Source: Felis catus (taxonomy: Eukaryota). From it: a stretch of DNA of 64,000 bases. Every line of letters begins with the position of its first letter. Position 1 is the first letter of the stretch. The stretch covers positions 174,284,001 to 174,348,000 of the forward strand of contig NC_058368.1 in assembly GCF_018350175.1 (NCBI RefSeq), read 5' to 3'. Made by a program: the position numbers and the translations under genes. The notes under the pieces were generated by a model. The model searched no databases. It saw only the letters and a program-made list of their open reading frames with translations, and was not told the origin of the DNA. Of the stretch, positions 1-12,557 are shown piece by piece.

Positions 1-6
1 GGGAAG

Positions 7-700
7 TGTGGTAAAGTAAAGAAGATATCTGATTTTTGTCTTGGGACAGAGCTCCAAAAACCTTTGGAATTTCCTGAAAGAAGTGTCTTTGTCATGCTAA
101 CGAACTCTAGGTGGGACCCTAGATATCTGACTTCGGCGAGTGGGGGGTGGGAGGTGTTGGAGATTGAGTTCAGTTATGTGGCCAATCATTTACTTAATCA
201 TGCTCACATGTTGGTGAAACCCCAATAAAAACACTGACATCATGGCATGGTGGTGCTTCCTGGTTGGTGAACACATTGATGTGCCGACAAGGTGATGTGT
301 CTGGATTCCACAAACAGAAGGCATAGAATCTCTGTGTCTCCCTCTTCAGACCTCGTCCTGTGTCCCTTCACTTGGCTGGTGCTGATTTGTATCCTATATA
401 TCAAAACTGTAATCATAAGTCTAGTCCTTTCAATGAGTTCTGTGAGTTATTCTAGAGAATTATCAAACCTGAGGGAATCACGGGCACCTACATATTTATC
501 GTCAGCTGGTCAGATGTGCGGGTGGCTCCCGAGATTTGTGGTTGGCATCTGGAGTGGGGACAGCTTGTGGAGGACTGAGCTTCAAACCTGTGTGAACCGG
601 TGCTAACTCCAGGACACCCAGTTGGTACTGGGGTATTGGAGATAAATGTGGCCACAACTATTTGTCTGGAAGAAGAGTTTGAACAGAAGGGTTGTGTGCA
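7..700 (+). mobile_element. MER21-like solo LTR (ERVL class)
   Basis: Starts TGTGG and has MER21-type blocks (gacagagctcc..aaacctttggaatttcctga, aataaaaacactga, ctttcaatgagttctgtgagttattctagagaattatcaaacctgag, ggcatctggagtggggacagcttgtggaggactgagc). The same blocks recur at 7568-8350. Confidence 0.75.
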
Positions 701-934
701 AGGACTGTAGAAACAAGGATTCAGCGCATTGGTGTCCCCATCCAGAGGTGTGTCCACTCCTCTTGGTGGGTCTTCCTTGCATTGGCAATGGAAAGGACTT
801 ATGCTCGGGTGAGGGACTCTGGTTATTGGAGCCATCCAATCACTCTCTCTACTTTTTTTTTTTTTTTTACAAAATTATCATGGCCATTATCATTATCACC
901 ATCATCACCGTCAACATCTTCACCATCACCATCA

Positions 935-1130
935 CCATTACTAACATTGATCTAGTGCTTAGCATGGGCCAGATCCTCTGCCGAATGCTTGCTACACGTC
1001 CATGGCCAACTGCCATTTGATGATCACTAGTTGAGTTGATCCAGCTCTTTTCTAGATAAGGAAACTGAGGCTGAGTGCCGCTAAATGACTTGCTGACGGT
1101 CCCGTAGATTTCCAACCAGCACTCCGTGAC
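935..1130 (-). mobile_element. MIR fragment next to a (CAT/CAC)n low-complexity tract
   Basis: MIR core-like tagataaggaaactgaggctgag..taaatgacttgc; atcaccatc repeats at 885-940. Confidence 0.6.
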
Positions 1131-1419
1131 CTCGCCCAGAGCCCACGTTCTGCTACACCTGCCACCAGCTGGGATGTTCGAGCTGCTTCCTTCCTGCAAG
1201 TCCTTTCTGTTCCCCTCACACTTACCAGATGAATCTGCAACATTAAAGCAAAACTTGTTACCACAGTTAGTTTCAACTCACCCAGTGTTTTCCGTGCCAA
1301 AGCCTTCCCTGTGCTTTGTGGCGGTACTGTTAAGAGGTGCCTGAGGGGTGCTGTTAAGAGGTGCCTGAGAAGGGAAGCCTCGGGGCAGAGACTCCAGCAG
1401 GAGCGTGAGTGAGCCGTGG

Positions 1420-1670
1420 AGACCCTGACTGAGTCATCCCCCTCTCTGAGCCTCACTTTGGTAGTGTGGTTAAGTGTGGGGCTCTGTGGGGGCAGGAGAT
1501 CGGAGTGTGAATCTTGTCCAGTAGCTAAGCCGATTTCCCTATGTCCTTCGCTATGAAATCGGCCATCTAATGATCCCTGCTTCATAGGGTCGTTGTGAGA
1601 AGTGAAGTTAAACGTGTAAATAAATGCCTTAGGACAGGGCCTGGCAGGCAGCGGAAGCTTGGTGGTTATA
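1420..1670 (+). mobile_element. MIR fragments
   Basis: gagtcatcccctctctgagcctca; cttcatagggtcgttgtgagaagtgaagttaa..aatgccttaggacagggcctggca. Confidence 0.6.
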
Positions 1671-2229
1671 AACTGCTACTGGCCCAGGCCCGCTCCTGTT
1701 CAGCTCCAGGCCCGCTCTGATTACTGGCCTAATGAGAGAACCTCATACGGATCTAGTCCCAACGGCTTCCAACTTGCTGTATGACCTCAGACGAGCCACT
1801 TTCTTTCTCTGGCCCTCAGTTTCCCCAGTTGAACTCCAGGGTCCCACCCGGCATCCGTCTTTCCTTTTTTTCCGGAGATTTTTCACTGCTTCCTCCCTTC
1901 CAGGCCCTGATTCTGCCAGGGCCTGCCCAGGGTGGTGCCCGTCCCTGGCTGCACAGCCAAGTGGTGAATGTCACCCTTGCCTGCCTGCCAGCGGTTCAGA
2001 TAGGGAGGTCCTGGGAAAGGTCAGGATCCAGGGGCGGAGCCTACCAGGGCCTGGAAAGGTAAATAGGAAAGGAAGTGACAAGAACAAGTTGCTGCTCACT
2101 TAGCTCCAAGGCGTGTCCACTTGCCCAGAGTATCAAGACAGGCCCCAACGGAGAAGACTGAGCCCCTGGAGGATTAAGTGTTCACTGGGCCCCAGAAAAG
2201 CAAACGTGTCACCTCTCACGTATCTTACA

Positions 2230-2720
2230 AAGCACGTTCACAGCCAGGATGCTTCCTCCTTTTTGTCACTTCCTCCAAAAATGCTCCTCCTCAATTGGAG
2301 CAAAATCTGAACCCTGCTCCCTGGCTAATAGGCCTCAGCACTTGCCTCTGCCTGCCTCCCCTACCGGTCTCCTACCTGTCCACCTGCTCGCCACCCCTCA
2401 GCCACACTGGCCTCCCTGTCTGTTTTCCTGAGAAGCCAAGTTTATTCCCATCACTCTTGCTACTATTTCTGCCTGGAATGTTCTGTGCAGCTCTTTTAAC
2501 AGCTGGCTCCCTTTCATTCTCTTTCTTCTTGGAGGCTTACCCTAGCCGCCCCTTAAAGCAGTTTTCCCCAGGTACCCTTGGACCTGTCCTTCGGGGCGCT
2601 CTTACTCTGGGAGTCTCCTGTTTATGTTCCTTGTCTGTGAGTTGCATGAAGCCATGGGCCGTGTCCATCAGATCAAGCTTGCATCGACAGGCCCAGAGCA
2701 GCGCTTGGGGGAGGATGGAG
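2230..2720 (+). mobile_element. L2 3' fragment
   Basis: Pyrimidine-rich L2 3' motifs cagccacactggcctcc and tctgcctggaatgttct. Confidence 0.5.
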
Positions 2721-3284
2721 TAGGAGGTCTTCAGTAATACATACCCTCTAAGGGACCAAATGAGTGGCATTCACAGACATCATCACTTTCTGTGAGAGGA
2801 GGGTGAAGGCCTAGGAGGAGAAATGACACTGAGGGCCTTTTGGAAGACGCTGGCAACCTCACATCAGGTTCTGCAACTACCCCCAAAGCCATTGAGTTGT
2901 ACGCCTTAAGGGTGAATTAAATGATACGTGAATCACACCTTAATAAAGCTGTTTAAAAAAAAAACAAAAAAACCTTCACTTATCAAAAATGCAACTGGGA
3001 TCCAAAAGGTAAGGTTACTAAGTCAAGGCCACACGGTAGCAAGTGATGAAGTAGGGCTTGAACACTTAGGCTGCACGACCTCCCAAGGCTGCCCCATCCC
3101 TCTGCCATCAGCTACCTCCCTCAGGACAGGCGGAGCAAGGTGAGGTGTAGAGTTTATCTGGCTCCAAATTAAACGTCCACACAAACAGGTGTTAGCTAAT
3201 ATTTTAACAGTGTTGTCTGCGGGTGATCAAATAGTCTACCTTTGCTCTTTCTGATATCGTATGAATTTTTCTCCTTTCTGTTTG

Positions 3285-3810
3285 TGTCTTAAATTGAGGC
3301 ATCATTGGCCTACAACATCATATCAGCTTTAGATGGACGATATAATGATTTGCTATTTGCATATATTAGAAAATGACCACCACGATAAGTCTACTTTAAA
3401 ATCCATCACCGCATTGGGGCGCCTGGGTGGCGCAGTCGGTTAAGCGTCCGACTTCAGCCAGGTCATGATCTCGCGGTCCTTGAGTTCGAGCCCCGCGTCG
3501 GGCTCTGGGCTGATGGCTCAGAGCCTGGAGCCTGTTTCCGGTTCTGTGTCTCCCTCTGTCTCTGCCCCTCCCCCGTTCATGCTCTGTCTCTCTCTGTCCC
3601 AAAAATAAATAAACGTTGAAAATAAATAAATAAATAAAATCCATCACCGCACATAGTTACGGAATTCTTTTTTTTTTTCTTGTGACGAGAGCTTTTAAGA
3701 TCTCTCTTAGCAACTTTCCAATAATGCAATACACTGTTGTTAATTATAGTCACAAGGCTGTACATTATATCCCCAGGACTTATTTTTTTTTTCATATAAC
3801 TGGAAGTTAT
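3285..3810 (-). mobile_element. L1MA-type 3' end interrupted by a SINE
   Basis: L1 3'UTR antisense motifs (taagatctctcttagcaactttccaataatgcaatacactgttgttaattatagtcac..tgtacattatatccccaggactta). Confidence 0.7.
3416..3634 (+). mobile_element. Young felid SINEC_Fc
   Basis: ggggcgcctgggtggcgcagtcggttaagcgtccgact head, (CT) tract and A-rich tail; 17-bp TSD taaaatccatcaccgca at 3397-3413 and 3635-3651. Confidence 0.95.
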
Positions 3811-3934
3811 TGAGTGCTTTAATATTAAAAAAAATGTTAAATCCCTCTCTGAAAGAAAACATTATTCAAGAAATGTAGGTGTCGTTAGTTCAATTGGCAT
3901 CCAGAGTAAACAATCGCTCTTGTAACTATTCAGC

Positions 3935-4160
3935 TAAGACTGAGTGCTTTCTGTGTGCTGGGCACTGTGTTAAGTGCATGCTGCATATTACTGCTTTCTG
4001 CTGTCACACCGGCTCTGTGAGGGGGAGGTGACGATTGTCCTCCTTTTCGGATGAGTAAGGTAGGGTTCTGAGAAATGAAATGGTGTATCCAAGGTGACAC
4101 AGCAGGTGATGGCAAGGCGGCGATTTATCCTCAGGTCTGTCCAGCTCCACAGTCTGCTTC
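3935..4160 (-). mobile_element. MIR
   Basis: tgagtgctttctgtgtgctgggcactgtgttaagtgc..tccaaggtgacacagc. Confidence 0.65.
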
Positions 4161-4619
4161 TAACCAAGTGTTTCTCGTGGAGACAGATGGTCTAGACCAG
4201 TAGAGGCAAGAGTCTGGCCCCTGGTCATACTGCTTGGCTGCAGTGGTCAGTTCTAGACCTTGCATTTGTGAAGGACAGTAGGCAAGAAGAGTAAGTAGAG
4301 AGGTGAAGACACAGGGGGCCATGGTGTATAGGAACAGCTGGGGGTCAGAGGGGGAGGTGGATTGAAACACCATACCGTTTCAATCTCTGCCAGGTGTATT
4401 GGGATGGTCTTACTCCGGGAGGCCAGGAAGCGGGGACAGAGGGAGTTGGACCAGTGATCAAACTCAGGTAGGCGATGGGTTGGGTCTAACTATCTCACTC
4501 TTGGTAGGTAGAGAACCCCCTATTGCTGGAAGTGCACAAGCTGAGGCCTGATTTTAAATTGGCAGAAATGGTGAGAAGTTGGGTTGATGCATTGGACAGA
4601 GGTTGTACTAGATGACCTT

Positions 4620-5000
4620 ATTAGTCAGTGTATGTTGGATAACAAACAACCCCCCAAAACTCAGTGGCTTACGACAACAAATGGCTCTTCCCTGTCACTG
4701 ATCTGTGAGTCAGCTGTGGCTCCGCTGGGCTTGGGTTCAGATCTGTTCCGTGCGTCTTCAATTCTTGTACTTCCTGGAGCAAGCTCTTCTCAAGGCCTAT
4801 GTTGGGAGCATAAAAGCAGGAACAGAAATAGGCAACGCGTCTTAAATTGTCTGCTCAGAATGGCCGCATTGTCGGTTCCACTCGGCTTCCATTGGTCAAA
4901 GCAACTCACGTGGCCAAGGCCAAGTCTGTGGGCATGGAGTGTATATTCTGCCCACGGAGCATGGATAGCAAATATCTACTAAGCACTAATGTCATCTACC
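4620..5000 (-). mobile_element. MLT1-type MaLR LTR fragment
   Basis: ataacaaacaacccccaaaactcagtggctta and ttccattggtcaaagcaactcacgtggccaaggccaagtc motifs. Confidence 0.6.
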
Positions 5001-7567
5001 TCAGTGACTTTTCACATGAGCTGCTCCATACCAATGAAATAGATCTGTGATTTTTTGCAACTGGGTCCCCCCAGGAATGAGTAATGTGATAATGAGTAAA
5101 CACGTGGCCAACCCCAACTCCAAAGTGTCCCCCGTGCTCCTTCCTGCCTTTCGCTTGGTTTGTGGACTATGTCGTCATCCACCCATTTATCTCTTCACTC
5201 TTCCCATCATCTTTCCCTAGTTCTAGGCAGAAACGGGATTGGTGAGATGAGTTAGACGGTCTCTGACCTTGAGTTCCTTTCAGCCCTACACAGGAGACAG
5301 CATAGAAAGAAAAACAATGCACAATCCCTGGGATTTCCTTTGTTCCAGGGGAGGCATCCCTGACCTAGAATTGGGTCTCATGAAGGGCAGTGGTAATGTC
5401 AATGCCTTCTGTGTTTTCGGTGCAGCTCAAGGACAGTGACCAGGAATGGAGAACCCTTTGCTGAACGTGTGGGGCGTGCGGGTGTGCCCAGCTGTGCCCA
5501 GGAGCTAAAAGGAGATAAAAGCAGAGGAGGGACCAGAAACCTGAAGTCTCTTAATTGAGAGGGGATTTAGAATGGTAAGACAGGGAACTGAGAGGGGCTG
5601 GGGAGGCCGTCATGGACGGAAAACAGCAGGGAAAGGAGTCAGCAGTGTGGGAGGATGTGGCCAGCGAGAAATTCTTCCTGCGAGGGATTTTAGGATTATA
5701 CCGGATTTTAGGATAATATTCAAGTTGAGGCTGTCGCCTGTCCTGTGTGATGTGCAATAACCACCCATCATTGCTCTAAACTTTCAGTCACAGTCTGTTA
5801 CATACAGAGCCTCGTGTGTGTGATAATCTGGGGCAGAGAAGTAATCAGGCTGGTGTCCAACGTGGAGATGGGACAGTGGGTGGCTGTGGGAAAAAAAAAG
5901 GGGGTGTGGAGGAGACATGGGAAGAAAAGATAGCTCGAGGGTGAGCACTCAGAGGAAGTAGGAGATAAGAACAAAGGCTGGCTAGGAGAAATGCAGATAT
6001 CTAGATTAGGATGTCAATTAAGCAGGCTTAGCCCAGTAGGCTGGCAAGGCTAGGGTCTTCAGGGTTGCCATCTGGCTTACATTTGGGGGCTGAGATCGGA
6101 TAATCTGGACTCTTTGGAAGACCCTCTGCAGCTTGGGCTAACCACCAAGCTAGTGTTGACACAGAATGGTGTCCTCACAGCACTGAGACCAGTCCCAGGC
6201 TGGGCAGACCCTTAGAGCAGAGTCAGAAGGAAATTGTGCAAACAAGCTTGGGGTGTGGAATCCCCCAGTTTGAGCCTGGGTGCTGCAGACAGAGTGCCAG
6301 GGCACCTGCAGCACTGAGAGAACTTTCTAGAGGCTTTTAGCCGAACAAATCTGCTGAGGGTATGGACTTGAGACACAACAACCTCAGGTGGCTCACTTCG
6401 GGGTGTGTTAGAATACACGTGATAGAATGTAAAGGATGTACACAGTCCAGGGAGGCGTGAAGGGAAAAGCCATCAACTCTTCCCTGGATGCCTTTGGGAA
6501 AACTCTGTAGAAGACATGACCTTTCAGCTGGGACTTGAAGGATGAAGAATTCCTTAGATGGCAAAGACGGGCTTCTTGGCAGAAGGAAGTAAGGGCGGTA
6601 GAATCTAAAGCAGGACGATACACAATTTCACTAGTTAACATGAGCTTTTTAAGCTCTTTTTTCATGTATTTCTATTTTCTGTTAAAAATGAGAAATTTAT
6701 TCAGATTTATGCTAATTGCACGCCCTGCACCCAGAATAGAAAGAGTCGTAGGCAGGAGGCTGCAGAATCATCAATCCTGTGGGAGCTTCTTGCTGTGAGA
6801 GAGAAGTCTGTGGCTTCTGTGGAAGATACCCAGACCCTGGTGCCTTACGCCACTCCGTGGGCAACCACACACTGTGGACACATCACACACCATGCGGTCG
6901 CATGGACTGGGGTCCAGTGCCTGACTCCGGCACTCTGGCCCGGGGACTGTGTGGCCCTGGGCAAGTCATTTCGCCTCTCTCAGCTTTAAGTTTCCAAAAT
7001 CTAAAATAGGGATGCAGATCCGTCCTCCTGTCATTTAGACTTCTCCACGCTTAAGCGCCAGGGCTATTTCCCTGGCAGTTTGCCAACTGGACTCCGGAGG
7101 CATGTTCCTACTTGATCTAGAAGTGGTCTGGCTATGTGGACCAAAGCATGAGATCACTTTGCTCCCTCTTTCACGCAGTTGCTCAAAAGTCCTTTAAATA
7201 AGTGAGAATAAACAAACACAGCCATCTTCCCTCCTTGGTGCCCAAGTCAGTTTCCCGGTAACTTCTCACCCAGGGTCAATAATACCAGCTCCATCAATGA
7301 GGCTGGATTCCTGTGCCCCTGGCTTTAGGGTGATGCCCACAAGGGATATGTTTTCTTTTCAGTCCATGCTGGGCAAGGTGAACCCATCCCTTCTTTGGGT
7401 CTGGCAGGTTCTGGAATGTTTAGAACCTGGCTTGAAACCTGTGATGCCTTGGACAAGTCCACTATCCTCTCTGAGCGACCTTTTCCTAATCATTGAAATG
7501 AGGATGACAGCATTGACCTCACAGAATTATGATCAGGAAGATATTAAAGGAGATAGTGTATGCAAAG

Positions 7568-8350
7568 TGGCAGATTATGACAACCGCATATTTGGTTTTT
7601 GTCCCTCAGTTCCCGGCACAGAGCTCCTAAAACCCTTGGAGTATCCAGGAGTGATGAGTGTCCTTTGTATGCTAATGAGGTGACTGGTGGTTGGGGCCAT
7701 CAGATAGCTTCAGAAAGGGAGCTGGCTGCCAGAAGGACCCTGATCGATGATTACAAGGTTGGAACTTTTAGCCCCACTCCCAACCTCTGGGGCTAGAGTT
7801 TGACTCAATCACCAATGGCCAGTGATCCGGTCAAGCATGCCTATGAGATGAAACCGCCATGAAAACCCCTGAATGGTGGGGTTCAGAGAGCTTCTGGGCT
7901 GGGGAACGCATATTGGGGTGGGGGGAAGACGGCACACCAAGAGAGGGTGCAGGAGTCCCCTACCCTGCCTGCCCCCCCTGTACGTTGCCCTAGGCATTTC
8001 TTCAATCCGGCTGTTCTTGAGTTGTAGCCTTTATAATAAACTGGTAACAGTGAGTAAAGCACTTTCCTGAATTCTGTGAACCATTCTATCCAATGATCAA
8101 GCCTGAGGAGGAGGTTGTGGAAACCCCCTGAATTTATAATCGATTGGTCAGAAGTACAGGCAGTGATTTGTACAGGAAGTGTAGGCAGTCCAGATTTGCG
8201 ACTGGTGTCTTAGCGGGGCAGTCTGTGGGACTGAGCCCTCGACCAGCGGGGTCTGCACCAACTCCAGACAGTCTGTTTCAGAACTGAGTTGACCCACTTG
8301 GTGTCCAGAGAGTTGGGATCAGAACTGGTTGCCGGTGTTGGAAAAAAACA
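7568..8350 (+). mobile_element. MER21-like solo LTR
   Basis: atatttggtttttgtccctcagttcccggcacagagctcctaaaacccttgga..tatgctaatgaggtgactggtgg..ttataataaactggtaacagtgagtaaagcactttcctgaattctgtgaaccattcta. Confidence 0.8.
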
Positions 8351-8867
8351 GTTCACAGATGCAGACAGTGATCGGTAAACAGTGCTATGCGTCACATACT
8401 GCTAGAATCTTCTGCAATGCTCATCCATTGAGAGTGCTGACTGGGTTTGGAACACTGCTTCATGGTTTATAAAGAGCTTTCACTTACGGTATGGTCTCAT
8501 TTGCTTCTCCCAACCTCCCTGTTTTGTTTCCTTGGACTTTTTTTTTTTTTTTTTTGGCAGAGCAGGACATTGAGGCTTAAAGAGGTAAAGTGCAGAGCTG
8601 GGGCTCCAGACCACTCTTGTTTCCAAATTGTGGGCTTTCCCCCACTCTGCAGCTCCAGTGGGCGGTTCTTTTCAGAGGCCCTTCTGGGCTCAGAGAGGGA
8701 TGTTGCCGAGGGACTGAGCACGCAGGGTGGGAAGTAATAGGGGTGCATCGTATGAGAATTTAACAATAACAAGAAGAACTAAAAGTCAGTTTGTATTTTT
8801 GACTATCACCATAGGCCTGCAATAAGGTATTCTTCCTTGAAAAAGCCTTTTGTTGGTGTAAGCTCTA

Positions 8868-8975
8868 AATATTGCTGTGGTTATTGAGAGTTTTGTTGGT
8901 TATTGCTGTGGTTTGTTGGTTATTGGTTATTATTGGTTTATTGCAGTGGTTATTGAGGTTATTGAGAGTTGAGAG
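8868..8975. repeat. Degenerate GGTTATT/GTTATTG low-complexity tandem repeat
   Basis: Repeated ggttattg / tattgctgtggtt / ttgagagtt units are directly visible. Confidence 0.75.
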
Positions 8976-9684
8976 CTTTAATAATATACGTCAGCTTCAT
9001 ACTAGCACGTTTTTATTACTTATTCTTTAAAAAATATCCTACATGGAAACGAATTCTGAGACCTCTGTGTTACGCAGTCAATGGTGATACCCTCAGACTC
9101 AACAATACGCTCTTATTTGAGAATAAGTTGGCAGCCGTTTGGAATCATTCAAGTTTGCTTTGGGACAGGTTTATGATGCCATATGCTCCTGTGTTTGAAC
9201 AATCGATTTGAAATAAATGAAAGCACGGTGATTGCAAAGGCGAAGAAACTGAACTCGCGTCTCTTCAACGCGACTAAGCCAGGGTTGTTCTACGCGACTA
9301 CTTGGAGCTCTTATTTGTGCTTGAAATTCGCAGCAGTGGAATGAATTAAAGTGCGAGGTGTGATATTTTTTGTCTGATAGCACCCATTTTCATTTACACA
9401 CGAACTATATCAATTTCACTGTAGATGATTATTTTATTTCAGATAATTATAGTTAACTACCCCTTTTATGTAGAGGAGAGGATGCTAATAAAATGATCTC
9501 CTCTAGCATCAAACACGGTAGGTACATCCTTACTAGGGAACCAATCAGAAGGAGGCCAGGATCCGGGGGGTAGCAGAAGTAGCTTCCGCCATCCGCTCCT
9601 CAAATCAGGACGGTCTAAGAATCTGGAGGAGTGAGTCTATGCACTGTGGTCACATGAAGGGGGCAGCAGTAGCTGGCATGACAG

Positions 9685-9890
9685 GTAAAACACAGGCCTT
9701 GGAATCAGAAAAAACAGGTTTACATTCCCAATAGCTGTGTGGCCCGGAGTAAGTCATCCCACTTCTCTGAGCCTCAGTGTTGTCATCTGTAAAATGGAGA
9801 TAATGACAGTACCCACCTGCTGGTTCGATAAGAAGGTTCAGTGGGATCATGCGGCCAAACTCTGCCTGGCTCACAGCTGGTGGGCAAGGA
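9685..9890 (+). mobile_element. MIR
   Basis: aagtcatcccacttctctgagcctcagtgttgtcatctgtaaaatggagataatgacagtacc. Confidence 0.75.
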
Positions 9891-10492
9891 TTGGTGGCCA
9901 CTGTTAATGATATAATTTCCATGCACCAAGGGCTGGTAGGGAAGAAAAGACAGGAAGCAGAACAGAGTGTGAGCGTGGACTTTTCCAGTATGACCTGGGG
10001 TGGCTGTGGTGACCGGAAGAGCAAAGACAGCTTTGAGAGGCTTGTGTCTGAGTTCAGAGAGTCTGCTTTTTCAAGAGAAGCCGGAATTAGGGAGTTTTAA
10101 GTGTAATCTCTCATAGAAAATGTTGGCTCAACCAGTTTTAAAACACTGTGAAGATAGAATAAAACAACTGTGAGCTGAATTTGATCCACGGGCCACCAGT
10201 TAGCAACCACAGCCCAGGAACAGATGGACCCCCAAACACAACAAAAAGGAAGTCTATTGCTTGGAGAAACATCAATGGATCTTTCTTTCCCTTTATCTCT
10301 GGCTCTCCCATACTCTACTTTATCTGCAAATATCTGATATCTGTCAGTAGTTATCTCTGAAAGATAAGGGCTTTAAAAAAATGTAATCACAATACCATTA
10401 TCGTACCTAAAAAGTCAACACTGTTTCACATACCGGTGAATGGTTAACATTGACCCTGATGCCTCACGTTTTACAATGTGAGTGTTCTAATT

Positions 10493-10730
10493 GAGTGTTT
10501 TCAAAACGTTTTCCATCATGGCCCTTTGAGGAGCTATTTAAGACATTTTTCCCCAGTCACAACCCTCCCTGCCCTGCTCTGTGAAATTTTAATACCACAG
10601 ACACACTGTATATTTCCTTATGTACTGGGCCCTTTGGAGGGCCATAAATCATTGTGACAGCTAAGTTTTTCCACCCCTCAAGAAATCAGTTTTGCTCCCC
10701 TAGGCGTGATTTCCCCTTGAAATTCCTGTA
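10493..10730. mobile_element. hAT-Charlie-type MITE within an old L1 fragment
   Basis: agtgtttttcaaa start; tgaaattttaataccacagacacactgtata..ggccctttggagggcca recalled as Charlie-derived MER. Flanks 10300-11100 resemble an old L1M 3' end. Confidence 0.5.
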
Positions 10731-11135
10731 ATGGGATTCAAATATGGCATAGATCATGCTATAATGATTGGTTGGTGTGGTCTCCTAGACCGCTTTTAAG
10801 GTTCTCCCTCCATCTCTCTCTCTCTCAATTTTTAAAAGCAATTTTTGTTGGTGTTGTTGTGTTGAAGAAATGTGCTCATTTGTCTTCTTATGTTTCTCCA
10901 GGTCTGCATTTGTTGACTGCAGCCTCCATGTGTTATTTACATGTTCCTCTGTCCCCTGCATTTCCTGGTTATTGCTGGCTAGATTCACTAGCGTCTGAAT
11001 CAGGATGAGGATCGATCCCGATTTTCTTTCTTTTGCAAGACTATGTTTCTTTTCTAAATGGGAGAAGACATTGAATATCATAGTCTGGATCGATTAATTC
11101 ATTAAGAGTTTCTCTCCCTTTTAAGTGAATGATTT

Positions 11136-11596
11136 TATAGGGGAGGAAAATTTTTCCTTTCTTCCTTTTCAGGTTCTTTGGCTGGTCTAATAACTAGATT
11201 GATGTAAGACAGATCAACAAGGGAAAAACAAATGTAACTTCATACTATGGGAGCTCTTAGTGACCAAAGCAGGTAGCTTTTATACCTTTTAAACAAAGAG
11301 AAACAATTATTTGTGAAGAACTGACAAAAGAATTTGGGTTTGGGGTAGCAAATAAATGAAGAAGTAACAGTTTGTTTATACAGCCCTGAATTCCCTATCT
11401 CTGGTGAGAAGAATGCCTTCTAACATCTAGGTGCAGGGAGGGTAGACTTCACATAGGGAATTTATTTCCTCCTTTCAGGGGACAAAGGTGGTCAAGGTAC
11501 CCTTCTTGTACCAGCTGTTTGCTAAGAAACTTTAATTCAAAATAATCAACATGCCAAAGGGGCGTATTTTAGGGCAGCCTACCCTAAACCCCATCA
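11136..11596 (-). mobile_element. ERV1-class solo LTR (CarLTR-like)
   Basis: Ends ..ccccatCA with a 4-bp TSD ATTT (11132-11135 / 11597-11600). Its left ~130 bp are clearly homologous to 44590-44710. Confidence 0.75.
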
Positions 11597-12339
11597 ATTT
11601 CTAAGAGTTAATTCTTCAAAAGGCTGAAAACTATAGCCATTTCTTAAGGGTTTATCCATTGCAATCTCTGCAAAAAATATTTTAAACCTGCTTAACCTAA
11701 AACAGAAATGCTCTAGTTAAAAGTTCAGCTCTGGTAGCTTTTGGAAGGCGGTTAGATAATATGTGTGAAATTCACATATTTCATAGCCCTCTACAAACAT
11801 AAAGGAAAAGGATGCCCAGCCGCAAAGGCCTGGTTTTCTGCCTTCTTTCTCCCCTTTCTTCCATTAACAAGTACTTTCAAAGCACCTCTTGTCTGTGTCA
11901 GACCCTGTCTGAGGCATTTGGGTGAGCGGGACAGAGTGGGGAGGTTACATGCACAGAATGGACCTTCCTTTGCCTGCAACTCAGCCGTGGATTGCCTTAT
12001 TATTTTTGCCCTGATTTTTTGGTGGCATGAACAATGACAACAAAAACCTACCCTGGCCTTGGCCAGGGACACAAGAGGCATACTTCTGGAAGAGTCCAAG
12101 CCAGGAACTCTGGAGCAAAACAGGAGTGTCCTTTGCCACCGGAGACCAAGCCCCACCCTTGCTCATTCTGCAGGAGCTCGTCCCACAGACATCGCCTCCC
12201 TGTCCTCTCTCCTACCTGCACACCCCACCACGACTGAGTTAAGCAGCAGTCAGTGACAGTGGTTTGTTGTGAGAAGGACTGGCAGTCCCTGGCTTATCCT
12301 CTCACATATAAATGCCCTCCCAGGGATATTTTCACCATT

Positions 12340-12557
12340 TCTCTCTCTTTTTTTAAATGTTTATTTATTTTTGAGAAAGAGAGGGACAGAACACGAGCCA
12401 GGGGAGGGGCAGAGAGAGGGAGACAGAGGATCTGAAGCAGGCTCCAGGCTCCGAGCTCTCAGCACAGAGCCCAAGGCGGAGCTCGAACCCACGAACCATG
12501 AGATCAAGACCCGAGCCAAAGTCGGACGTTTAACCCACGGAGCCACCCAGGCTCCCC
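12340..12557 (-). mobile_element. SINEC (felid-type)
   Basis: Antisense SINE body; TSD tattttcacca at 12327-12337 and 12558-12568. Confidence 0.92.

Noticed and set aside
1327..1369. 19-bp direct repeat ctgttaagaggtgcctgag with a 24-bp period
   Set aside because: A simple local duplication with no further structure.
3416..3500. tRNA genes at SINE heads (A and B boxes)
   Set aside because: These are tRNA-derived SINE heads followed by SINE body, CT tract and A tail.
7..8350. Two co-oriented MER21-like LTRs ~7 kb apart suggesting a full provirus
   Set aside because: The interval holds MIR, L2 and MLT fragments and no gag/pol/env remnants, and the two LTRs differ substantially. They are independent solo LTRs.
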